NCBI GenBank assembly: GCA_963805925.1
Contig: CAWDWB010000005.1
Coordinates: 18,247-82,246, forward strand
DNA length: 64,000 nucleotides
Direction of reading: 5' to 3'
Origin: an uncultured Acidobacteriota bacterium
GTDB lineage: Bacteria; Acidobacteriota; Terriglobia; Bryobacterales; UBA6623
The notes beneath the pieces are model-generated. The model worked only from the letters and a program-made list of their open reading frames with translations, was not told the origin of the DNA and ran no database searches. Position 1 is the first letter of the stretch. Every line of letters begins with the position of its first letter. Both the position numbers and the translations under genes were made by a program. Of the stretch, positions 55,571-63,646 are shown in pieces.

Positions 55571-55954
55571 ATGGCGCGCAAGAAATCCACCACCCTTACC
55601 GATGTCGAGCTGCGGTTGATGAACGTCCTGTGGGAGCAGGGCCCGTCGACAGTCAGCGACGTGCAGAAGGCTCTGCCGAAGAAGGAACGGGCAGCCTATA
55701 CGACGGTGCTGACGATGCTGCGCATTTTGGAGGACAAAGGCTATCTGGAACACGAGCAGAACGGCCGCGCCTTTGTGTATAAACCGCTGGTCGGCAGGGA
55801 AGCGGCGCAGCGCAGCAGCGTCTCGCACCTGGTCGGCAGACTATTTGACGGCTCGCCGGGTGCGCTGGTTTTGAATGTGCTGGAAAACGAGGAACTGACG
55901 CCGGATGAGTTGGCGCGGTTGCGCGAGTTGATCGCCAAGGCGGAGGAAGCATGA
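55571..55954 (+). CDS. BlaI/MecI/CopY-family winged-helix repressor
   Basis: ..LTDVELRLMNVLWEQGPSTVSDVQKAL..AYTTVLTMLRILEDKGYLEHEQNGRAFVYKPL.. . Confidence 0.88.
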   Translation: MARKKSTTLTDVELRLMNVLWEQGPSTVSDVQKALPKKERAAYTTVLTMLRILEDKGYLEHEQNGRAFVYKPLVGREAAQRSSVSHLVGRLFDGSPGALVLNVLENEELTPDELARLRELIAKAEEA

Positions 55955-57752
55955 GCGGCTTGCCGGTGGACGCACTGTTTGAAGCGCTGGCGAATGGGCT
56001 GTGGCGCGGGAGTCTGTTGGCTGTCGTCGCAGCGGTCTTGATGCGCCTGTTCAAGAGAACGACTGCCGCCGAGCGATACGCCGTGTGGTTGGCGGTGTTG
56101 ACAGTGATCGCGCTAGCGCCCGTCACCGAAGCGTTGCTGAGTTGGGCGCGGCCGGCGGCGCCGCCGATGGCCATCATGCTGACGAGCACAAGTGGGGTTG
56201 AGACTGCGATGCCGGCGCCGATCGAAGCGCCGCAGCAGTGGGAAGCCTTGGCGCTATCGGGTGGTCCCTTCTTATGGCTGTGGAGTTTTGTGGGCCTTGC
56301 GCTGGTCGTGCAGCTGTGTCGGCGATGCACGCTGGCCGCCAGGCTCAAACGCAACGCTTTGCCGCCGGATATCGACTTGACGGCAGCGCTGGAGCAATGG
56401 GAAAGCCGGCTCGCTGCCAGCCGCGTGGGGTCCACGCGGGTCACCAGAAGCCTGCGCTCACCGGCCGCGGTCGGCTGGCTCGAACCGGCTGTGTTGCTGC
56501 CCGACGATGCGCAAGCAAGTGCGGACAGCAAGGATCTGGAGATGTTGTGGCGGCACGAGCAGGCGCATGTCGCCCGCCGGGACGACTGGACGCAGTTGAT
56601 TTCTGAATGTCTTTTCGCCCTGGCTTGGTTTCATCCGGCGGCCCACTGGGTACGCCGACAGCTGGAAAGAGAAAGAGAACTTGCCTGCGACGAGACTGTG
56701 GTTAACAGCGGCGTCGAAGCTGGGCTCTACGCGGGCGCCCTGGGTAGGTGGGCGGAGCGAGCGACAACGAACGAGTTAGCGGTTGGCGTGATGGGTTTGG
56801 GGCGCTCGCCCGCGCTGATTATTAGGAGAATCGAAATGTTATTGTCGCCATCTAGAATTCTTCGCCGAAGCGTCGGCCGCTGGGCGTTTACCGGAAGTCT
56901 GGCCGCCGCGCTTGGCGCATCTTTCTTGCTGACGGTCAGCGGACCGCTGGTCATCCGCGCTCAGTCGGTCGATGTGCCTTTGGACATTGAGGTAGAAGCT
57001 CCGGTGTCGGTTGCCGTGGAGCCCGTGTTGGCCAACCCGGTTGTTCGAGTAGCGCCGGTTGATCTAGCGCTCGACATGGACCTCGAAGTTCCGGTATCCG
57101 TAGTCGTCCCGACAGTAGATGTGGAGCCGATGCTGATGAGCCAGGCCGTTCCGCCCGCACCCCCGGCTCCTCCCGCTCCGCGGCCATCTCCAGTCCCTGC
57201 GCCGGCTGCGGTTCCTGCGCCTCCTGTTCCGCCGGCTCCTGCCTGGTGCCCCCGGCAAGATCGCGGCGCGCGGCGGTCAAGCGCGAAGAGTCGGCAAAGG
57301 CCATGGCAGAATACACGAAGCGTTGGCGCGAAGAGATGCAGCCGCAAATCGCGGCGATTCAACGTGAGGCGCAACGCATTCAAGAGGAGATGCAGGCCAA
57401 GATGGGCCCGCAACAAGAGAAGATCAAGATCTGGCGAAAGCGATGGCCAAGGAGCATGCCAAGTCGATACAGCCGCTGGCCAAAGAGATGGGTAAGCTGG
57501 GTGCGCAGATGGCGCAGGCAAGCGGGGCGCAACGCGAAGAACTAGCGGCCAAGATGGAAGCTCTCGCCAAACAGATGGAGGCGAAGCAGCCGGAGTTCCG
57601 TCGGCTGGAAGAAGAGATGTCCAAGATTCAGATCGACATGGCGCCGATCGAAGAAAGGATGAAGGAGTTGGAGAAAGGGACTACACGAGAAGGAGCTGGC
57701 GCTGAAAGAGGCCCAACGGAAATTCCAAGAGTCCGTCCAGCCGGCGCCTTAG
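55951..57752 (+). CDS. BlaR1-like M56 peptidase membrane sensor with Pro-rich linker and Met-rich coiled-coil tail (tail spread over three frame changes)
   Basis: N-terminal TMs and the HExxH site (WRHEQAHVARRDDW). The uninterrupted ORF ends at 57495, but after ~57240 its sense is Arg-rich junk, while coiled-coil sense continues in other frames to the TAG at 57750-57752. Confidence 0.8.
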
Positions 57753-57785
57753 AACCTAAACAAACGTTCGGGTTCCGTCGATAGA

Positions 57786-57820
57786 ACCTGACGCTCCGAG
57801 TTGCGGCTCGGAGCTCAGGT
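57786..57820 (+). promoter_or_regulatory. 14-bp GC-rich hairpin ending 2 nt before the flhA ATG; contains the flhA Shine-Dalgarno sequence
   Basis: ACCTGA-c-GCTCCGAG / TTGCGG / CTCGGAGC-TCAGGT, followed by TT-ATG. GGAG (57810-57813) sits in the 3' arm. Confidence 0.6.
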
Positions 57821-57822
57821 TT

Positions 57823-59868
57823 ATGACGCCCCCTCCCAGACTGGCCGGACACGCGGGACTCAACGCGATCGTGCCCGCGGCCATCATGGCCGTGGTGCTA
57901 ATGATGGTCCTGCCGATCCCGCCGCTGCTGCTGGACCTGCTGATCTCCTGCAACATTACGCTCTCGGTCGTCACGGTCATCGCCACGATGTATATCGAGC
58001 GGCCGGTCGAGCTGAGCGTCTACCCGTCGTTGCTGCTGCTGCTGACTCTGTTGCGGCTGGCGCTCAATATTTCATCGACGCGGCTGATTCTGATGAACGG
58101 CCAAACCGGGGCGGGAGCGGCCGGAGACGTCATCGAAGCCTTTGGAGACTTCGTCGTCGGCGGTAATTTCGTCGTCGGCATCGTCATCTTCATCCTGTTG
58201 ATCGCCATCCAGTACGTGGTTATCAACCACGGCGCCGTACGCATCTCCGAAGTCACAGCCCGCTTCACATTGGATGCTTTGCCGGGCAAGCAGATGGCCA
58301 TCGATGCCGATCTGAACGCCGGGCTGATCGACGAAGGAGAGGCTCGCAACCGGCGCGAAGCGGTCTCGCGTGAGGCGGAGTTCTACGGGGCGATGGACGG
58401 TGCTGTGCGCTTCACTCAGCGCGATGCGGTCGCCAGCATTATCATCACCTGCGTCAACATATTGGCCGGGTTCCTGATCGGGGCGTTGTCCCACGGCATG
58501 CCGATCGAACAAGCGCTGGAAACCTACACGGTGCTGACGGTCGGCGACGGTCTGGTCACGGTCATTCCGGCCTTGTTGATCTCGGTGTCGGGTGGCATCA
58601 TCACCACGCGCGCGGCGGGAGAAAGCAGCCTGGGCGTCGATTTTGGGAAGCAGTTGTTCGGGCGTCCGGAGCCGCTGATGTTGGCGGCCGGAGTGATGGG
58701 CTCGCTGGCCGCTGTGCCGGGGCTTCCCGCAGCGCCTTTCCTACTGCTGGGCGGCGGAGCCGCGACGGCGGGCTGGCGGCTGAGGAAGCAGGAGAAATTA
58801 CTGCCGAGCGCGGCGCCGCAACTCACCCAGCCGAAAGAACCGGAGAACGTCGAATCGCTCCTGCGCATCGAGCCGTTGGCTATCGAAGTCGGCTTGGGCT
58901 TGGTGAAGATCGTGGACTCTTCACAAGGCGGTGCGCTGCTGACGCGAATCGCCGGAGTCCGCAGGCAATTAGCGCAGGAGTTGGGCTTTGTGCTGCCGCC
59001 TGTGCGCGTGACGGACAACCTGCAACTGAAGCCGCGCGAGTATGTGGTGCTGCTGAAAGGCATGGAGATCGCGCGTTTTGAGCTGTACTCCGACTCCGTG
59101 TTGGCCATCAAGGCCGGACACGCCAACGGAGTGATTGAAGGGGTGCCGTGCAAGGAGCCTGCGTTTGGCCTGGACGGTTTGTGGGTGCCGCAGGAGCAAT
59201 CGGACAAAGCGCGGCTGCTGGGTTACACGGTGGTGGATGCGGCCAACGTGGTCGCCACTCATCTGACGGAGTTGATCCGGCGGCATTCGCACGAGCTATT
59301 CACGCGGCAGGATGCCGATGGTTTGTTGCAGCGAATCAAGGACGAGAACCCCAAGTTGATCGAAGACTTGGTGCCGCAGTTGATGTCGCTGTCGATCGTG
59401 CAGAAGGTGTTGCAGAATCTTCTGCGCGAGCGTGTGTCGATCCGCGACGCGGTGTCGATTCTGGAGGCGCTGTCGGAAGCGGGCTCGGCGACGAAGAATC
59501 CGACTTTGTTGACCGAGTATGTCAGGCAGGCACTGGGGCGCAGCGTCGTACGGCCGTATCTCGACGACAACGGCGACCTGCCCGCCTATCTGCTGGGTCC
59601 GTCCCTGGAGTCGCTATTGCAGGCCGGAGTGGAACACAACGAGCAGGGCTCGCGGCTGACGATGGATCCCGCCGCACTGGGAGAAGCGGCAAGACAGATC
59701 AAGAAAACGGTGGGCGAGTTGCACGGTCCCACGGCGCTGGTCTGCTCGTCTTCGGTGCGCTTTGCGGTGCGGCAGTTGGTGGAAAGCGATATGCCTCTGC
59801 TGGCGGCGATCTCCCACGCCGAGGTTCCTGCGACGGTGCGAGTCGTGTCTTTGGGGGCGGTGGGTTAG
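57823..59868 (+). CDS. flhA: Flagellar export apparatus protein FlhA
   Basis: ..MVLPIPPLLLDLLISCNITLSVV..FVVGGNFVVGIVIF..TARFTLDALPGKQMAIDADL.. and a cytoplasmic C-terminal domain. Confidence 0.95.
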   Translation: MTPPPRLAGHAGLNAIVPAAIMAVVLMMVLPIPPLLLDLLISCNITLSVVTVIATMYIERPVELSVYPSLLLLLTLLRLALNISSTRLILMNGQTGAGAAGDVIEAFGDFVVGGNFVVGIVIFILLIAIQYVVINHGAVRISEVTARFTLDALPGKQMAIDADLNAGLIDEGEARNRREAVSREAEFYGAMDGAVRFTQRDAVASIIITCVNILAGFLIGALSHGMPIEQALETYTVLTVGDGLVTVIPALLISVSGGIITTRAAGESSLGVDFGKQLFGRPEPLMLAAGVMGSLAAVPGLPAAPFLLLGGGAATAGWRLRKQEKLLPSAAPQLTQPKEPENVESLLRIEPLAIEVGLGLVKIVDSSQGGALLTRIAGVRRQLAQELGFVLPPVRVTDNLQLKPREYVVLLKGMEIARFELYSDSVLAIKAGHANGVIEGVPCKEPAFGLDGLWVPQEQSDKARLLGYTVVDAANVVATHLTELIRRHSHELFTRQDADGLLQRIKDENPKLIEDLVPQLMSLSIVQKVLQNLLRERVSIRDAVSILEALSEAGSATKNPTLLTEYVRQALGRSVVRPYLDDNGDLPAYLLGPSLESLLQAGVEHNEQGSRLTMDPAALGEAARQIKKTVGELHGPTALVCSSSVRFAVRQLVESDMPLLAAISHAEVPATVRVVSLGAVG

Positions 59869-59880
59869 GAGTTCGACGCC

Positions 59881-61032
59881 ATGCGATTGAAAACTTACAA
59901 CGCCGACAGCGTACAAGCCGCATTGCGGTTGGCGCGGATTGAGTTGGGGGACGATGCCGCGCTGATTGGTTCGACGGAGAACCCCAAAGGGGGTTCCGGG
60001 GCCAAGCTCAGCGTGACGTTCGGCACGGATCTCTCCGGCGCGGAGGTCGAACCCATCGCCGAACCGGCGCCGGCGCAGCCGGGGGCCGGCGCGGCGCTCC
60101 AATCGTTGCCGGACGAACCAGTGTTAGAGGAGTTGCGGAGGTTGCGCAGTGATCTCGACTGGATGCGCAACAGTCCGCGGCAAAGCGGCGCGGTGGAGTC
60201 GGCCTTCACTCCGGTGTTCGAGAACAAACTAGTGGGCCAACTATTTGTGCGTTTGGTGACACGCGGCGTTTCTCCGGCGCTGGCCGCGCGACTGGCCGCG
60301 GAGTTGGAGGCGGGCGCGGAGCCGGACGCTCCCTACCACGCGCTGATGGAGCGCCTCTATGCGCGGGTGCGCTCGATGTGGAAGATTCGCGACGATCCGA
60401 CATCGGCGGCGCAATCCCCGCAAACCGTCGCCGTGGTCGGGCCTGCCGGCGCGGGCAAGACCACTACGCTGGCCAAGATCGCAATCTCCGTGGGCTTCGC
60501 TCGCGGGCGTTCGATCGGATTTGTCTGCGTCGACCCGTTCCGGGTGGGCGGCGTGGACCACCTGGAGGCCTATGCCGGGCTACTGGACGCGCCGTTGCGA
60601 TTGGTCGATAGACCCGAAGACTTGTCGGCGGCCGTCAATGAGATACGAAGCGGCAACGATGTCCCCGACCTATTGCTGTTGGATACGGCGGGATATCCCT
60701 TGCGCGACGTCGGCAGACAACGGTCGCTGCACGACGGACTGCGCCAATGCGGAGCGGCGGACGTCCACCTTACGCTGAATGCGACGAGTCGTCCCGAGGA
60801 CATCCGGCGCGGCTACGACGCCTTTGGCGCGTCAGCGAACAGTCTGATTTTTACCCGCCTGGACGAAGCTTCGGCCCCTGGTTCGCTATTGGACGAAAGT
60901 TTACGATTCGGATTGCCGATTGCCTATGTGACGACTGGCCAAAGGACAGCGCAAGACCTTTCCCCGGCCGACCGCGATGAGCTGACGATGCTCGCGATGG
61001 GCGGAGCGGATGTCGAGCCGGCTTTTGCCTAG
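59881..61032 (+). CDS. flhF: Flagellar biosynthesis SRP-type GTPase FlhF
   Basis: VAVVGPAGAGKTTTLAKIA (G1), LLLDTAG (G3), ..IFTRLDE.. (G4-like). Confidence 0.88.
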   Translation: MRLKTYNADSVQAALRLARIELGDDAALIGSTENPKGGSGAKLSVTFGTDLSGAEVEPIAEPAPAQPGAGAALQSLPDEPVLEELRRLRSDLDWMRNSPRQSGAVESAFTPVFENKLVGQLFVRLVTRGVSPALAARLAAELEAGAEPDAPYHALMERLYARVRSMWKIRDDPTSAAQSPQTVAVVGPAGAGKTTTLAKIAISVGFARGRSIGFVCVDPFRVGGVDHLEAYAGLLDAPLRLVDRPEDLSAAVNEIRSGNDVPDLLLLDTAGYPLRDVGRQRSLHDGLRQCGAADVHLTLNATSRPEDIRRGYDAFGASANSLIFTRLDEASAPGSLLDESLRFGLPIAYVTTGQRTAQDLSPADRDELTMLAMGGADVEPAFA

Positions 61033-61046
61033 CGACGCAACACACG

Positions 61047-61802
61047 GTGATGTACCCCAAACCCACACTTGCCGCGCCAACCGATCTGGCCGAGAGGCCT
61101 GAGCGGGACCAGCGTATTCTCGAACACCTTGGTCAGGTCAAACTCATCGCATCGCGCATCCATGACAAACTGCCCCAGAGCGTTTGCCTGGACGACTTGA
61201 TCAGCGCGGGCGTCTTGGGTCTGATCGACGCGGTGGACCAGTTCGACGAAACATTGAACGTCAAGCTGAAGACCTACGCCGAACACAAGATTCGCGGCGC
61301 CATTCTAGATAGTTTGCGAAGTCTGGACTGGGCTCCGAGGAACAAGCGGCGTAAGTCGAAGCAGATTGAGGCCACCATCGGATCGTTAGAGACAACACTC
61401 AAGCGGAGCCCGACTGAGGACGAAGTCGCCGCCCAACTCGGAATCACATTGGATGAATACCGGCGCTGGTTGGTGGAGATTCGAGGAATCAACTTAGCGC
61501 CGATGGAACAAGGTCCGACAGGGGACGGAGAGGGCTCCAGCGTGTTGCGCTTCGTTTCCGATGACGAGGATGAGTGGCCCTCCGCTCTGCTGGAACAGTC
61601 TGAACTTCGCCGGGTGGTGGCCGAACTTATCGCCAGGCTGCCGGAAGTCGAGCGGACCATCATTACGCTGTACTACACGAAGGAATTCACGCTGCGCGAG
61701 ATCGCCAAGGTCGTAGACCTACATGAAACACGGGTGTCCCAATTGAAGTCCCAGGCGATTCTGCGGCTGCGTTCAGCGATGCATATGAAATGGCCCCGCT
61801 AG
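61047..61802 (+). CDS. fliA: Flagellar sigma factor sigma-28
   Basis: ..LISAGVLGLIDAVDQFD..KLKTYAEHKIRGAILDSLR.. (region 2) and ..FTLREIAKVVDLHETRVSQLKSQAILRLR (region 4). Confidence 0.9.
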   Translation: MMYPKPTLAAPTDLAERPERDQRILEHLGQVKLIASRIHDKLPQSVCLDDLISAGVLGLIDAVDQFDETLNVKLKTYAEHKIRGAILDSLRSLDWAPRNKRRKSKQIEATIGSLETTLKRSPTEDEVAAQLGITLDEYRRWLVEIRGINLAPMEQGPTGDGEGSSVLRFVSDDEDEWPSALLEQSELRRVVAELIARLPEVERTIITLYYTKEFTLREIAKVVDLHETRVSQLKSQAILRLRSAMHMKWPR

Positions 61803-61814
61803 GTATCGAACATC

Positions 61815-62792
61815 ATGCGCAGCGCACTCAGCCAAGACGAGATAGATCGCCTCTTCACCAATCAGGGCGGCATGGCGACACAGGGCGCCCCGGGGCACAC
61901 GGCGACGGTTTACGATTTCCGCCGGCCCGATCGCATTCCCAAGGACCAGGTCCGTGCTGTACACCTGGTCCATGATTTTCTGTCAAGAAATCTCGCGGCA
62001 TCGCTTGGCGCCTATCTGCGCAGCTATGTGACGGTCAGCCTGGTGTCGGTGGAACAGTTGGCCTTCGGCGAGTTCTTAGGGTACTTGCCGACCCCGACTT
62101 GCATTGCCCACGTCGGGGTGAAGCCGATGGAAGGCAACGCCGTATTGGAGATCAACCCCTCCCTGGTTTTGCCGATGCTCGATATCGTTCTGGGCGGAGA
62201 CGGCAAACACAGCGCCGATCAAGCCAAAGAACTGACCGACATTGAGCAGAGCGTGATGGAGACGATCTTCCGTATCGTGCTCAACGATCTGCGAGACGCC
62301 TGGTCAACGACGCGGGACCTATCGTTTGCCGTCGAAGATACCGAGACGCAGCCCCAGTTGATGCAGATTCTCTCCCCGAATGAAGCGGTCGTGGCGATCG
62401 GATTTGAGATCACGGTGGATAACGCCCGGGGCATGATGAACTTTGGCGTTCCCTCCGTCATGGTCAAGATGATGGGCCAGAAGCTGGAGCAACAGTGGTC
62501 CGTCAAAAAACAGCCGGGCGACACGCGGCCCACGCGGCGCATGGAGTCGTTGCTGCGGGATATACCGGTACCGGTCGAGTCGAGAGTTTCGGGAGGCAAC
62601 TTGACGGTAAGAGAAGTCCTCGACCTAGCGCCGAACGACATTCTTTCATTGGGTACGCCCATTACCCGGCCGACGGAAGTCTCGGTCAGCGGCGTGAACA
62701 AGTTTGCTGCCCGAGTCGTGGCCGCAGGCCGACGTCGCGCATTTCAAGTTCTGGCTGATGATTCCAGTCCGAACGGAGGGAATCCAACGTGA
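61815..62792 (+). CDS. fliM: Flagellar motor switch protein FliM
   Basis: N-terminal CheY-P binding motif LSQDEIDRLF, a middle domain, and a C-terminal SpoA-like ..LTVREVLDLAPNDILSLGT.. . Confidence 0.9.
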   Translation: MRSALSQDEIDRLFTNQGGMATQGAPGHTATVYDFRRPDRIPKDQVRAVHLVHDFLSRNLAASLGAYLRSYVTVSLVSVEQLAFGEFLGYLPTPTCIAHVGVKPMEGNAVLEINPSLVLPMLDIVLGGDGKHSADQAKELTDIEQSVMETIFRIVLNDLRDAWSTTRDLSFAVEDTETQPQLMQILSPNEAVVAIGFEITVDNARGMMNFGVPSVMVKMMGQKLEQQWSVKKQPGDTRPTRRMESLLRDIPVPVESRVSGGNLTVREVLDLAPNDILSLGTPITRPTEVSVSGVNKFAARVVAAGRRRAFQVLADDSSPNGGNPT

Positions 62793-63646
62793 GCGGCGCG
62801 GAACGGTGGAAAAAGAGCCGGACCGAACACTGGTTCACGGCGGCTTGGGCGGAGGGAGCGTGCAAGGCCCTCGCGCTGTTGAACCCTGCGGCGGGCGAAT
62901 TCGCGCTGGAAGCCCGCGATCCGCAGCCGCAGAATTGGGGCGCCTGGACTGAGCCTGTTTGGATCGTCTTTACCTGTGATATCGCCGCAGCGGCAGGCGT
63001 TTCGGTGGGCTGTTCCCGCGAAGTCTTACAGAAGATGGGAAGGCTGGCGCTTGGCGACCCCGAGGATGCTGATGGCCTCGCGGCGGAAACGTACCGCGAG
63101 TTGATCTCCCAGGCCATCGCGTCGGTCGGGGCCGCACTGCGGAACCAGTCGGTCGCCCAGGCGCGGTTCGCCGTCGGCGTCGATGTTGCCGAGCCGTCGG
63201 ATGAATCGCTGGCAGTAGAGTTCTGGTTCGAGATTGACGGAGAGAAATGCAGCATCGCGTTGGTCCCGAATGCGTCCTTCCTGGAAGCGCTCCTCGGCGA
63301 TTCGAATGGCGGGGAGACCGGCGCCAAAGGGGAACTCGAGAGCGCGGAGGAACCTCCGCCCGCCGAAGGTCTGGGAGGAGCCGCGCGACGCAATCTCGAG
63401 ATGTTGCTGGATCTGGAAATGGAGGTCGCCGTGAGTTTTGGCCAGACCGAGATGTTGTTAAACGATGTTCTCAAGCTAACGGTTGGCTCCATCGTTGAGT
63501 TGCAGTGCCAAGCATCGGATCCGGTTGAGGTGCTCGTCAACGACACCGTGATCGCGCGCGGGGAAGTGGTCGTGGTCGACAGTAACTACGGAGTGCGTAT
63601 CACGGACGTGAGCAGCCGTCGGGAGCGGATCCAAAGCATCCTCTAA
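62789..63646 (+). CDS. Large FliN/FliY-like switch protein (unassigned ~200-aa N-terminal region + SpoA domain)
   Basis: C-terminus ..LEMEVAVSFGQTEMLLNDVLKLTVGSIVELQCQASDPVEVLVNDTVIARGEVVVVDSNYGVRITDV.. . The GTG start overlaps the fliM stop. Confidence 0.8.
   Translation: MSGAERWKKSRTEHWFTAAWAEGACKALALLNPAAGEFALEARDPQPQNWGAWTEPVWIVFTCDIAAAAGVSVGCSREVLQKMGRLALGDPEDADGLAAETYRELISQAIASVGAALRNQSVAQARFAVGVDVAEPSDESLAVEFWFEIDGEKCSIALVPNASFLEALLGDSNGGETGAKGELESAEEPPPAEGLGGAARRNLEMLLDLEMEVAVSFGQTEMLLNDVLKLTVGSIVELQCQASDPVEVLVNDTVIARGEVVVVDSNYGVRITDVSSRRERIQSIL

Noticed and set aside
55653-56531. 292-aa minus-strand ORF antisense to the BlaI/BlaR1-like genes
   Set aside because: Shadow ORF. The plus-strand genes carry clear family motifs.
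59148-59942. 264-aa plus-strand ORF in an alternative frame of flhA
   Set aside because: Gly/Arg-rich nonsense inside the flhA coding sequence.
62686-63546. 286-aa minus-strand ORF antisense to the FliN/FliY-like gene
   Set aside because: Ser/Ala-rich low-complexity shadow ORF.
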